A DNA stretch of 64,000 bases, from NCBI RefSeq assembly GCF_009914755.1, contig NC_060930.1. One strand, written 5' to 3'. This stretch comes from the human T2T-CHM13v2.0 reference genome, Homo sapiens. The notes under the pieces are model-generated. The model made no database searches and was not told where the DNA came from. It worked only from the letters and a program-made list of their open reading frames with translations. Every line of letters starts with the position of its first letter. Within the stretch, counting starts at the first letter, position 1. A program made the position numbers and the translations under genes. Below, piece after piece: positions 28,646 to 47,043 of this stretch.

Positions 28646-28995
28646 TCTCAGAAGTTTTTAAACTTATTGGTATAAACTTGTTTTCTTTCCTTTATCTAAT
28701 CTCATAATGCCGCATGTGTAGTAACATTCTCTTGTTAAATTGTTAATATGATTTGTTTGTGACTTCTTTTTCATCTTAATAAATCTTCACAGAAATGCAC
28801 CATTTTTATTACTCTTTTGAAAACAAATTTTCTTCCTATTTGCATTTGTATCTTTGATTTCTACTTTATTGATTTTTGTCTCTTCAAGTTTCTTTGAATT
28901 ATTCAGTGAGTTTCTTCCCCTTACTTCTAAAATTGAGTATTTTGCTCATACTTTTTAGCCTTTCTTATTTTTTATACAAGAATTTAAGGCTATAA

Positions 28996-29290
<295 letters not shown>

Positions 29291-29491
29291 AAGGCTATAA
29301 ATTTATCTAGCAGCACAGTCTTAGCTACATCCCAGTTTTGACATACAGCATTTTTATTATTATCCATTTCTAAGAATTTCCTAATTTTTATTCATTCTTC
29401 TTTTATTTAGAAGTGTGTTTTTAACTCTCTGAATGTATAGGACATTTTCAGTAATCTATCTTAACTGCATTGTAGTGAGAAAATATAATAG

Positions 29492-29875
<384 letters not shown>

Positions 29876-31553
29876 CTATGTTTATTTTTTTAAATGTAAA
29901 TTTTGTGCCCATAACACCACAGAAGTCAGTTTCTGCATCTCCTTTAAATGTTTTTCCTGGCCTTCAAGGAATTCCCTTGTTTTCTTGCCAGTAAAAATTG
30001 CATTAAAAATATATTTGTCAAATATATTTTATCCAAAATTTTTACATGTGCTAGATTATGAAGGGAACTTACTTTTGGAAAAGAAAAAATCTATTAATTT
30101 AATAGGAATTATTTTCTCTCTTCATGCAATTTTATCTCTACTGTAGCTCTGATTATATCATATTATAATTGGGTAGTCAGAAGTCTGCTTTCTCTTTTGA
30201 CATTAAACACTTGGAGGAAATGCCTGTGTCATGCTCATTTTGTAAGCCCTTGCTTGCCTCGAATAGAATTTTATTAATAAATTTACCTTAAATAGATGTA
30301 ATTCATCAGTAGAAAACCTGCAAATGGGTAAGCTCCTCAAGACAGAGCTTCTTCTCCATCTTTGTGCACCTCTGAACCCAACATGGTAACTTCCACGCAG
30401 TAAGGGCTCAAGGGTTCCACTGATCAACCTGAGAAAAGTCACTTTTCAAATCTGCTTAGAGGATATTTATATTAGAAATACTAAAGAACACATGTGAGTC
30501 AGCCTTTGAAACATCATTTAATTCTGTGGTTTGTTGGGAAACCCAAAAGGAAGTTTGAATTTATTTCCTGAAAGAATTTTAATTGGGTTCAAGTGTCTAA
30601 CTCTTGCTCTCCCAAGTACTTTTACTTGAATTTATTAAATAATTCATTTCTATATTTCTAGAAATAATTATCATAGAAACCTACATATACAATCAAACTT
30701 CTAATACTTGGCATTCCATGTAACAATAGAGAATTATAAATTTTATTTTCCATGAGTCAGATTATGCATGTCAGAATCCAAGAAACTCAATTCTGGTGCA
30801 CAGTTTCTGAAAATTGGTCGTTTAGTGAGGCATTGTCTGAAGTCAGAGTGGTGGACTACTGTTCTCTTTTCTGCTGAAATTATTTAGTTCCTTAAATTAG
30901 CTCCCAGAAAGAGAAACTTGATTTCTCTTTTATCCATACTAAGCCTAATATAATTGAGTGGACACTCTACAGGACTGAGATCCAAAATCCCAAATACTTT
31001 TTTCCATTTATTCAACATGTATTGAACTCTTTACGTATAGCACTGTACATCCTCAGTTAGCCATTGATCTGTCATCTATCATTTTATCTTCTTGTTTGAG
31101 TTTCCATCACTCTTCTTTCATCAATAATATAGGCATGCTGAAGATCAAGAGCATCCTAGGTCAAAGCTAAGGATTCATAACTCAACAGCCAGGAGAAACA
31201 TACCAGATATTTCCTCCAGTAAAATGTGTTACACTGTTAAATCTTATTAAACGATTACACAGAACAAGAGTCTACAAACTCAGTAATTAAAGCCATAAAA
31301 TAGAAAAGCTGTGTTTATTATAAGAGAGAAATTATTAAATGAATGAAAGGCTGGTGTTTAATAGTTTGCCTTGCACTGTCCAGTATAGATGAATTAAAAT
31401 GACATAGAAAGAAAGATTCAATCAATAAGTTACTAGCCTTCCACTTGGTTTCAGGCAAGGATGTAAAAACTAGTATTTTTATAGACTAAAAATGTTTATT
31501 TAGGGGAACTGTGACTTATATCAAAAAAAGGAGGACCATAAGCCCATATCTAA

Positions 31554-31867
<314 letters not shown>

Positions 31868-33184
31868 ATTTATCTTATTTTCATAAAACTATGCAAAATG
31901 AATATCCCAAAACTAGGAACCTCAAAAGTAGGGGAAAAGCCAAATATATTTGATTTTAGGTTGGTTAACTTGGATTAATATTTTTCTGCAGCCATTTACA
32001 TAAGTATTATTGAAATAATTTTCCAAGAATTTTTATTCCATCTAAAGATACAGACATGCTGTTCTTCCTGTCCAAGATTTCATTGCCAAGACAGCTGAAA
32101 AGCACTTTGGATTTTATCCTTTTGTATTAGCCTTGATTTTTCTTTAAATTCTATTTTCAGGCTGACTTCAAATGATAAGAAATAACATGAAATGTATGAG
32201 CTTAGTTTACAAATCCTAACAGAAACTGTAGCTCTGGCAATTCAGGGAGTCAGGAAAATCCACTTTCCTTGACTTCCAAATGACTTTATCATGATAGAAA
32301 AGCCATTTTACAGTTTCTTTTCTAAGTGTACTTGAGACTGGCTTTCTAAATATATCCATTAAAAGAAAAAAACGTCTACCTGCCAAAAAGAGTTGGTCAT
32401 GTCCTCTGGCCCTGGCGGATCACAAGGGTAATTTCTCCTTTCTAAATTGGAAATTGCTCACATCCCCTCCATCTGTGTGGGTGTGTGGTGGATTCAAGAG
32501 CTTGTTCGTACTCCCTATAATAATTGACTCAGAGTTCTTGCTCTCCTGCAACACCCTTTACCTCTTTCTGCCCATTAATAACATGTGTTCAACAAAGCCT
32601 TGGGGAATGAATCACCCCGGAGTGTAAGATGGTGACATCCTGGGAAGCGGAGATTTGATTGGCATACTGCTTGATGGTTTTCTGAGTTCATCTGAATCGA
32701 GTTCTTACTTTATTCCAAAAGAGAGTTTCATTGCTATAAATTATCCATAGCAACCAATTTTACTGCAATAGCAATAATAATAACAATACATTTAGAAATA
32801 ATACATACTTGAGAATGCATCCTCAAGTAACTTGCCTCCCTTTTTGCTGCACCTGTTACTCTTTGTTATGCAAAACATTATTAGTGTACATAGGCTACTG
32901 TCAAAATATTTATACTGGGCAATGAAAACATGCTTAGGAAGTCATAATTTGTAAATTCCTCCTTGCCTAATGATAGTTATTTTGGGGTGCTCAGATACAC
33001 AATTCCAAACTCTGGATTATTCAGGTAGAGTGCTGAAGTACACTTTCTTAAAGGAATAAAAATAATTAGAGCTGTGAACACAAGAACCTTAAAAGCATCA
33101 AGTCATAATTGCCAAGCTCTCTGGTCCTGGCTCAGACATATGTGCTTTCATAGTGGCCTTAAATAAAATGTATTGACTTGATGA

Positions 33185-33486
<302 letters not shown>

Positions 33487-33584
33487 GATGATGGCTTTAA
33501 AATATAATGTTTATTTTGACAAAATCCATCTATTATGTTGGTAATGTTTCTTTTTCAATTACAGAAGTATTGCATGTGTACTGT

Positions 33585-34380
33585 TATATATATGTGTGTG
33601 TGTTTCTATATATGTGTGTGTGTGGTCTATATATATTTATATTACATATTATATTATATATGCTATATATAGTATATTATGTAGTATATGTATAATATAT
33701 ATTACATATATAGTATATGTATATGATACATTATATATACTATATATAGTATACTCTATATAGCATATTATATATACTATACCTATATATTATTTTATAT
33801 ATACTATATTATATATACTATATATTATATAGTATATGATATATATTATATGTAATACATGTATATTATATATGATATGTTATATATTATATGATATATG
33901 TATCTATATCATATATGATATAGATTCATATATGATATAGATTCATATATGATATAGATTCATATATGATATATGTATCTATATCATATATGATATATGT
34001 ATCTATATCATATATGATATATGTATCTATATCATATATGATATGTGTATCTATATCATATATGATATGTGTATCTATATCATATATGATATGTGTATCT
34101 ATATCATATATGATATATGTATCTATATCATATATGATATATGTATCTATATCATATATGATATATGTATCTATATCATATATGATATATGTATCTATAT
34201 CATATATGATATATGTATCTATATCATATATGATATATGTATCTATATCATATATGATATATGTATCTATATCATATATGATATATGTATCTATATCATA
34301 TATGATATATGTATCTATATCATATATGATATATGATATATGTATATTATAAATATATTATATATGTATATTATATATAA
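33585..34380. repeat. AT-rich low-complexity region containing a 24-bp minisatellite (15 units, 33966-34325) and a 17-bp unit x3
   Basis: Unit ATGATAT[A/G]TGTATCTATATCATAT; the ORF track shows MI[Y/C]VSISY x15. Confidence 0.95.
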
Positions 34381-37050
34381 AATAACAATGGTATAAAAAG
34401 GAAAATATGTAATGTTTGCCTGCCTACATTCTACTTCCACCATTATTTACCCATCCCTAAACATGTGTACACACCACACTGCTACACCTTGTAAAGTATA
34501 TATGTGTTCACATCCTTGTATGAACATATATGTAGATTGTTTTTACCAAAATGGAATTATGGTTTACATATGGTTATGTAATTATCCCCACTTTTTACAA
34601 CATGGACATTTTTCTAAGTCAATACCTCCACCTTACTCGATTGTTATATACTGCATAACATTTGACTGAATATATCATTGTCTATTTAACTATTTCAAAT
34701 ATTTAAATTGTTTCTAATCTTTCCTATTATAAACAATATTGTAACATACCAACTCATTTTCAGCATGAGTACACTTAGTTTAGAAGAAATTATATTCTTC
34801 AACTTTACCTTCCTTAGATAGCAAATACAACAATCCCCAAATTACCAGAATCCAAAGTGCTGGAAACCACTTTTTGAACTGCCATTGATTCTGTCATATT
34901 GTAAATCAAACCAGGTCATCATTGGAAAGCATCCCTACTCAGCTACCCCTCTCTCCTCTACAGGAACAATGGAGATCTATATTATGTATGAAGCTTGTCT
35001 CTCTTAACGTTGTTACAAATTCTTTCCATTGTATTAAAATACTTTCTTTTGCAAGGGAAATAAAAACATACGCTTTAAAAAGTCATACAAATGAAAGAAT
35101 TGCTACATCTATTTCCTCATTAGAATGCTATTCAGGGTGTGGTGGTACCAGGAAATTAAGAACCCACCCAGTTAAGGTTACTGAGTGATGGGTTCGTTAG
35201 GAATTTCCAACAATTTAATGAATTTCGTCTAAGAATTTGAATGTTCCCCTCAGAGAGGGTAATCAGGCATCAAAAACACAATGAAACCTGCCCATCTCCC
35301 CAGAGAGAAATGAAAGTTGCTGGTGAAGACAAGTAATATTAGAATCACATCTTTTCTTCACCTATTTCTGGTTTTCAAAGGGGACAATAAATTCCTAAAA
35401 GCTAAGGTATCAGGAGCAACCTGATAAAAATATTTGCCATTTCAAATTCTATATTCTGTGAGGCTATAAATGATTTTATTAGTTTATTCCCGAGCAAGTA
35501 CCTTATAAGTTTTACAAGCAGAGAAGCGGAGACTGCACTCTATATGATGAATCAGTTGCCCAGGAAGAGGTGCCTGTCTCAGGCTTCCCAGGCTTTGCTA
35601 ATTCCCAATCATTGCCAGTTGCCCCACGAGACAAGCATGACTGAGATAAAGTGTCCTTTCACAGCCACTGAACAAGCCCAGCATTGTCCCTTCCAGTTCT
35701 TAGAATGCGCTATTTTTAATTTAGCAGACTAGCTTTTATCTTGCTAAATGAAAGGTATTCTATACACTCTCCTGAGTTTTTTTTTTTCTCTTGCAGTCTC
35801 TTCTCCTGGGAAATTGAAAGATTTTTTTGAAATGATATCCAAAGGATACAACCTTGCCTATTACTTCCCCTGGAGAGGAAACAAGGCTCAGAGATTCAAG
35901 CCATAGTTTTCTTTACACTTGACAAGGTTTCAAATGCCCAGGATGTTCTTAAAAGTGTGGATACTGTTACACTGTACTAAGAATGCCTAGCCATGGCAGG
36001 GTGGTGGGGAGCGCTGGCACTTGGCAAAGGAGCTGGGGTTTTACTAATGACAGATCCCGATAGCAGGAGCCAGGTCAGATCTGGCTGCATGCACTGCCCT
36101 GGGGCCGGAGGTACCTCTGCCAGGCTCCAGCCCTCTGCCTGCCAGCACACAGTCCTGTGGCGACTGAGGATTAAGAAGACCAGGAACCCAGGAACCACAG
36201 ATCCCTGAGAGATGCTGCAAGTGGGAGGAAGATAGCTAAGAATGGGTTCCTTGCAAAGCCTTTCTTGTTGCTGCCTCCACAGTCCCTTCCTTCCCACCCA
36301 CTCGACTGCCACCCATATATACTTAATGGGTACATAGTGAAATTGTTCTACCATACTGCATACCCTGAGTGGATTCTTCCAGGAAATGTTTAATCCCAAC
36401 CAACCCCATCCTGCATCTCTGATTCAATCAATGGCCACTCCCATGGCCACCATCACCATCCCCTTAACACCTCTCCACCTGTCTCCATCCCCCAGCCACC
36501 TGGTGGACTAAATGGTAATATTTTGTCTTTCCTGTCCCACAGCCTTCCCGGATGGAATGTGCACTCCCTCATTTGTGTCTCTTTTGTGTTCTGTGCACAC
36601 TTCTATTGTGCACCTGTAATGTTAGTCTCCCCTCTTCAAATACAGAGACTGGGTCTTGTCTACCTCTGTCTGCCCCGTCCCTGTACTAGGAACATGGCAC
36701 TCAGTGAACGAATGAGTGCTGACCGACTAAAGAATGATTGTGTATCTGGCCAGTGCTGGGAAAAGCTGAGCATATGAGCAAGATGTCTTCCTCTCCAGGC
36801 ATTCTCTTATCCCAGGTTGACCCCTCTGTCATTGTGGCTGCTGCTACTGTGGTTACAGTGGTGGTTGCTGCAGGTGTCCTCAACTCTGCTGCCTCCGCAG
36901 CCCTGTTCAGTTGTCTGCTGTTAAGCTTGTGCTCTTCTTAATACTTTGGCATGGGCTTCTCAGCCATTGGAATTCTTACCTCTATTAGAATCAGCTGGAT
37001 CACTTTTACAAAATCTGTGCAGATGTCCAGGCTCCACCCCAGACCAATTA

Positions 37051-37488
<438 letters not shown>

Positions 37489-37974
37489 TCAGGCATCATA
37501 TATGCATTTTCTGAGCTCCCCAGGAGATGCGAGAATACAGCCTGGGTTGCCTGTACTGACTTAGTGGCTCCAGGGGCTACCAATAGGGGGACAGGGCAAC
37601 GAGATGATCCATAACACTGCCCATGTAAGGAACTGAAATACCAAAGCATTCCATAGTGAGCTCTGTGCAGAATCAAGAAAAAAAGATGGCTCAAAAGTTT
37701 TCCTGCCCCTGAGTTCAATGCAAAAGAGATGACTAGTGTGGTTTCTGGGTAGGACTGTGTTTTTTCAGAGTTTACAACACATATTTCTGGTGCCTGGCCA
37801 TAGGCATCTCTACACTTCAAATCACTGTTGACACTCCTTGAAGATAGGGGTATAATTCCCCAGCCATTGCTTCTTCAAGACAGTTCAGTCTATGAGATCC
37901 ACTTGTTTGTTCACCATGTAGTATTTCATCTTGCCATTTCATAAGCTAGATTTTCTAGGGCAGTTAACAGCAAG

Positions 37975-38552
<578 letters not shown>

Positions 38553-39647
38553 AAAATAGAAAAAGATTCTTCCTGTGGCTCTAATCCTAATCTCCTGAAC
38601 ACAGTCCTTCATAGAAGAACAAAATGGAATTGTCCTCCCTGAGAGCTAGTTTTCTCTAAAGGTCTGAAATGCTGAACTCAAGACAAGAGATCATAACTGA
38701 TCATCTACCATGGGCACTGGCTAAATATCCTGGGGGTGGAAACACTCAAACATGGTCCCTGCTTTCCAAGGAATCCCTATTAAGTGGACTAGAAAGACAC
38801 GCACACATACAACAATATTTCACATCAGATTATGATAACATAGGTTTAAGAAAGTACAATGTAGATGAGGAAAGAATGATTAATTTTGACAAGAAAAATA
38901 TATTTGTATCTAAATATGGTTTCTGAGAAAATAAATATCTTTTAAGATAAATTTTGTTCCTCTTGTCTTTATATATTTCTTTTCTTCCCTGACACATACA
39001 CAAACACACATCATATCACAATCATGGATTTCCTTTGGAAAAGCACCACGAAGAACTTGCCATATGGGGGATGGTGGGAGGGTAAGCATTCAAGCAGTTT
39101 AAAAATAATTTTTAAAGAAACCTCAGCCTCGGGGCATCTACAGATACACAGAGCACACAATCTGTTCAGAAGGAAAGTTACCACTGTTTCCTGTCATCTC
39201 TCAAACATGTCTTCCAAAGGTACAAATCAGGCTATACATTATCCTATATGGGGAATAAACTGAAAATAAACCTAGTGAGAAAATCGTCCCCTTGCAAGAT
39301 TAGCTGTCCACATACATACCATTTATAAAGTACTGGACATTCGAAATATTTTTATGTAGTTTCATTCAAGGAGACAATACCCTTAGATGTCCACATATAA
39401 CCAGCTCTCTTTGGACAATAATTGGCTTATGTGAAATGATTCTGTAATACAGATGTACATCTGCTTTTTCACTTGGCTATAACCAAGAGGCAGGCTCCTT
39501 GTCTCGCATATTCAAATGACCAACATAGCAGAGCATCAAAGTACAAAGTACACACGGTCCACTGGCATATTTGTGTCAATTCATTGAAATGCTTAAAAAT
39601 ATCCGGTTATTTAATAACTAAGGATATCTGAAGATCAGTTTTTCTTT

Positions 39648-39952
39648 CTTTTTTTTTTTTTTTTTTTTTTGAGACAGAGTCTTGCTCTGTCACCCAGGCT
39701 GAAGTGCAGTGGCACGATCTTGGCTCACTGCAACCTCAGCCTTTCAGGTTCAGGTGATTCTCGTGCCTCAGCCTCCCAAGTAGCTGGTATTACAGGCATC
39801 TCCCATCTCGCCCAGCTACTTTTTGTATTTTTAGTGGAGACGGGGTTTCATCATGTTGTCCAGGCTGGTCTTGAACTCCTGACCTCAAGCAATCCACCCC
39901 CCTCAGCCTCCCAAAGTGCTGGGATTACAGCCATGAGCCACCACACCCGGCC
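39648..39952 (-). mobile_element. Alu (old S/J type)
   Basis: Antisense dimer; TSD CAGTTTTTCT. Confidence 0.93.
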
Positions 39953-42084
39953 CCAGTTTTTCTCTAACAGGGCAAGGGCAGGAACAAAGAATGTGAGCAA
40001 AAGATACACTGGGATATGGACAGCATAGACCAAAATACTGAACACTGTTCATCATATTTTGCCCAGACAACCTGAGTAAGCTAGGTGGCTATTTTCCTCT
40101 GACTGGACTGTATTTTTTTTTTATTTTTAATTTTTGTAGGTACATAGTAGGTATATATATTTACAGGGTACATGAGATATTTTGCTACAGGCACACAATG
40201 CATAATAATTACACGGAGTAAATGGAGTATCCATCACCTCAAGCATTTATCCTTTCTTTGTGTTACAAACAACCCAATTATACTTATTTATTTTAAAATG
40301 TGCAATAAATTATTGTTGACTGTAGTCACCCTGTTGTGCTATCAAATACCAGATATTATTCATTCTGTCTAACTATATTTTTGTGGCCATTAACCATTCC
40401 TCCCACTAACCTTCCCCCCGTACCCTGCCACACTACCCTTCCTAGCATCTGGTAACCATTCTTCTACTCTGTCTCCATGAGTGCAATTGTTTTAATTTTT
40501 AGCTCCCATCAGTAAGTGGGAATATGTGAAGTTTGCCTTTCTGTGCCTGGCTTATTTCAGTTAACATAATGACCTCATGTTGTTGGCAAATGACAGAATG
40601 TCATTCTTTTTATGGCTGAATAGAACTCTGTGGTATATAGAGGTCTATTGTTAAATGTTGTGTGTAAATATGATATGTACACATATATACCATATATACA
40701 CACATTTATATATATGTGTGTATATATATATAACACATACATTTTCTTTAGCCATTCCTTGGTTGATGGACACTTAGGTTGCTTCCAAATCTTGCTATTG
40801 TGAATAGCGCTGCAATAAACATGGGAGTGTAGGTATCTCTTCAATATACTGATTTCTTTTTTTTTTTTCTTTTTTTTGGTATATCCCTCACAGTGGAATG
40901 CCTGGATCATATGGTAACTCTATGTCTAGTTTTTGAGGAACCTCCAAACTGTTCTTCACAGTGGTTGTACCGATTTACATTCTCACTAACAGTGCACAAG
41001 GGTCCCTTTTCCTCTACATCCTCACCAGCATATGTTATTCCTTGTCTTTTGGATAAAAGTCATTTCTAACTGGGGTGAGATAATATCTTACTGTAGTTTT
41101 GATTTGCATTTCTCTGATGATCAAAGATGTTGAACACCTGTTCATATGCCTGTTTGCCATGTGTATGTTTTCTTTTGAGAAATGTCTATTTGCCCATCTT
41201 TAATTGGATTATTAGGGTATTTTTCTAGAGTTGTTTGAGCTCCTTATATATTTTAGTTATTAATCCCTTGTCAGATGGACAGTTCATAAATATTTTCTCC
41301 CATTCTGTGGATTGTCTCTTCACTTTGTTGATTGTTTCCTTTGCTGTGCAGAGGTTTTTAACTTAATGTGATCCCATTTGTCCATTTTTGCTTTGGTTGC
41401 CTGTGCTGCTGGGGTATTACTCAAGAAATCCTTGCACCATCCAATGTCCTGGAGAGTTTCCCCAATGCTTTCTTTTAGTAGCTTCATACTTTGAACTCTT
41501 ATATTTAAGTCTTTAATCCATTTGGATTTGATTTTTGTAAATATGAGAGATAGGGGGCTAGTTTTATTCTTCTTCATATGAATATCCAGTTTTCCCAGCA
41601 CCATGTATTGAAGAGACTGTTCTTTTCCTAATGTGTGTTCTCTTTGTCAAAAATGTGTTCATAGATGTGAATTTGTTTCTGGGTTCTCTATTGTGTTCCA
41701 TTAGTCCATGTGTCTGTTTTTATGTCAATATCATACTGTTTCGCTTACTATAGCTCTGTCACATAATTTGAAGTCAGGTAATGTGATTCCTTCCCTTTTT
41801 TTTTTTTTTCCTCATGATAACTTTGGCTATTTTGAGTCTTTTGTGGTTCCATATAAATTTTTGGATTGTTTTTCTATTTCTGTGAAGAATGTCATTGGTA
41901 TTTTGATAGGGATTGCATTGAATCTGTAGATTGCTTTAGGTAGTATGAACATTTTACGAATATTGATTCTTCTAATCCATGAACGTGGAAGTTTTCCATT
42001 TTTTGTGTGTCCTTTTCAATTTCTTTCATCAGTGTTTTACAGTTTACATTGTTGAAATCTTTCACTTCTATAGTTAATTCCTAA

Positions 42085-42469
<385 letters not shown>

Positions 42470-43525
42470 AGATATACTACTAATTTTTTTATGTTGACTT
42501 TATATCCTGCCATTTTACTGAATTTTTAAATCAGTTCTAATAGTTTTTTGGTGGAGTCTTTACATTTTTCTAAATATAAGATCATATTATCTGCAAACAA
42601 GGATAATTTGACATCTTCCTTTCCAATCTGGATGTCTTTTATTTCTTTCTATTGTCTGATTGCTCTAGATAGGACTTCCAGTACTATGGTGAATAACAGT
42701 GGTGAAAGTAGGCATCTTTGTCATGTTCCAAATGTTAGAGGAAAGGCCTTCAGTTTTGCCCCCATTTGGTATGATACTAGCCATGGGTCTGTTGTATATG
42801 GCTTTTATTGTGTTGAGGTAAGTTCCTTCTATACCTAGTTTTTTGAGGTTTTTATTTTAAAAGGATGTTAGATTTTATCAAACGCTTTCTCAGCATCAAT
42901 TGGAATGAGCATATGGTTTTTGTCCCTCATGCTATTTATATGATGTATCACGTTGGTTGATTTGCACATGTTGAACCATCCTTGGGATAAATCCCACTTG
43001 GTCTTGATGAATGATCTTTTAAATGTGTTGTTGAATTGGGTTTGCTAATATTTTGTTGAGGAATTTTTGCATCAATGTTTATCAGGAATGTTGGCCTGTA
43101 GTTTTCTTTCCTTTTCTTTTCTTTTTTTTTTCTTTTTTTTTTTTAATGTGTCTGTCTGGTTTTTTTAATCAGGTACTACTGGCCTCATAGAACGAATTTG
43201 GAAGTATTCCCTCCTCCTCTATTTTTTGGATTAGTTTGAGTAGGATTGGTATTAGTTCTTCTGTAAATGTTTGGTATAATTCACCTGTGAAGCCATCCAC
43301 CCCAGGCTTTTCTCTGCTGGGAGACATTTTATTACAGCTTCAGTCTTGTTACTTATTATTGGTCTGTTCAGGTTTTGGATTTCTTCATGGCTCAATCTTG
43401 ATAGGTTGTATGTGTCCATGAATTTATCCATTTCTTCTAGGTTTTCAAATTTATTCACACATAGTTGCTTATAGTAGCTTCTACTGATCCTTTGAGTTTC
43501 TGCAGTATCAGTTGTAATGTCTCCC

Positions 43526-43794
<269 letters not shown>

Positions 43795-43823
43795 TAGTCT
43801 GGTTAAAGGTTTGTCAATTTTGT

Positions 43824-44140
<317 letters not shown>

Positions 44141-45155
44141 TCAAAAAACCAATTTTTCATTTTACTGATCTTTTGTATTGTTTTCTTCATTTCAGTTTCA
44201 TTTATTTCTGCTCTGTTATTTATTATTTCTTTTCTTCTACTAATTTTGGATTTGGTTTGCTCTTGCTTTCTTAGTCTTTAGAATGAATCATTAGGTTGTT
44301 TATTTGAAGGGTTTCTATTTTTTTTCCATCAGAAGAGATTTTTTTTGATGTAGGTGCTTATAGCTATAAACTTTTCTCTTAGCACTGATTTTGATGTATC
44401 CTATAGGTTTTGGAATGTTGTGTTTCCATTAGCATTGGTTTCAAAAAATTTTTTTAATTACTTTCTTAATTTCTTCATTAACCCACTGCTCATTCAGGAG
44501 CATATTGCTTAATTTCCATGTGTTTGTATAGTTTCCAAAATTCCTCGTTACTAATTTCTAGTTTTATTCCATTGTGGTCAGAGAAGATATTTGACATAAT
44601 CTCATTTAAAGAAATATTTTGAAGACTTGTTTTGAAACCTAACATATGGCCTGTTCTTGAGAACAATCCATGTGCTGAGGAGTAGAATGTGTATTCTCCA
44701 GCTCTTGCATGAAATGTTCTCTAAATATCCATTAGGCCCATTTGGTCTACAGTGCAGATTAAGTTCATTATTTCTTTGTTGATTTTCTGTCTTGATGATC
44801 TGTCCAAGCTGAAAGTGGGATGTTGAAGTCTTCAGCTATTATTGTATTGGGAGTCTACTTTTCTCTTTAGTTCTAATAATATTTTAAATATCTGGAAGCC
44901 CTGATGTTAGGGGCGTATATATTTACAAATGTTATATCTTCTTACTGAATTAAACCCTTTATCATTATATAATGACCTTGTCTCTTTTTATAGTTTTTAT
45001 ATTGAAATCTATTGTGTCTAAGTATAGCTACTCCTGCTCTTTTTGGGTTTCCATTTGCATGGAATTTTTTTTTTTTTTTTTTTGCATCTCTTGATTTTCA
45101 TTCTATGCATGTCCTTGTAGGTGAAGTGTGAAGCAACAGGTTATTGGGTGTTGTA

Positions 45156-45305
45156 TTTTTTTTTCTTTTTTTTTTTTTTTGGAGATGGAGTCTCGCTCTG
45201 TCACACAGGCTAGAGTGCAGTGGTGTGATCTCAGCTCACTACAAGCTCCGCCTCCCAGGTTCACGCCATTCTCCTGCCTCAGCCTCCCCACGAATAGCTG
45301 GGACT
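45156..45305 (-). mobile_element. AluY right-arm remnant
   Basis: TTCACGCCATTCTCC; ends at GCTGGGACT. Confidence 0.9.
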
Positions 45306-45331
45306 CCAGCTACTACATCAGGGCATCCAGA

Positions 45332-45650
<319 letters not shown>

Positions 45651-46730
45651 TCAAGATATGAGTAGTTTACATATCACAAATATAGTGTTATAATATTCCG
45701 TGTTTTTCTGTGTACTTACTATTACCAGTTTTGCACGTTCAGATTGTTTCTTATTGCTCATTAACATTCTTTTCTTTCAGACTGAAGAACTCTTCTTAGC
45801 ATTTTTTGTAGGACAGGTCTTGTGTTGATGAAATACCTCAGCTTTCATTTGTCTGGGAAAGTCTTTATTTCTCCTTCACGTTTGAAGGATATTTTTACTG
45901 GATAAACTATTCTAATATAAAAGAATTTTTTCACTGGCGCTTTAAATGTATCATGCCACTATCTCCTGGCCTGTAAGGTTTCCACTGAAAAGTCTGCTGC
46001 CAGATGTATTGGAGCTCCATTGAATGTTACTTGTTTTTTACTCTTGCTACTCTTAGGATTCTTTCTTTATCCTTAACCCTTGGGAGTTTGATTATTAAAT
46101 GTCTTGAGGCTGTCTTATTTGGATTAAATCTGCTTGGTGTTCTGTAACCATCTTGTACTTGAATATTGATATCTTTCTCTAGGTTTGGGAAGTTTTCTGA
46201 TATTATCCCTTTGAATAAACTTTCTACCCCTATCTCTCTCTCTCTACCTCCTCTTTAAGGCCAATAACTCTTAGATTTGCCATTTTTAGAATATTTTCTA
46301 CATCTTGTAGCTGTGCTTCATTTTTTATTTATTTATTTTTTGTCTCCTATGACTATTTATTTTCAAATAGCCTGTCTTCAAGCTCACTCTTTCTTCTGCT
46401 TGATCAATTCTGCTGTTAAGGGACACTGATGCATTCTTCAGGATGTCAATTGCACTTCTCAACTCCAGAACTGCTGCTTGACTCTTTTTAATTATTTCAA
46501 TTTATTTGTTAAATTTATCCGATAGGAATCTGAATTCCTTCTCTGTGTTACCTTGAATTTTTTTGAGTTTCCTCAAAACAGTTATTTTAAATTCTCTGTT
46601 TTTCCAGGGTCAGTCCTCAGTGACTTATTTTGTTCATTTGGTGAGGTCATGTTTTCCTAGATGGTTTTGATGCTTGTGAATGTTTGTCAGTCTCTGGTCA
46701 TTAAAGAGTTGGGTATTTATGGTAGTCTTT

Positions 46731-47043
<313 letters not shown>

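Noticed and set aside
33966-34352. 128-aa repetitive ORF or CRISPR-like array
   Set aside because: Translation of a 24-bp minisatellite; no unique spacers, no cas genes, eukaryotic DNA
36701-36941. Ala/Thr/Val-rich ORFs on both strands
   Set aside because: Low-complexity GCT/GGT-rich stretch without convincing splice sites or homology
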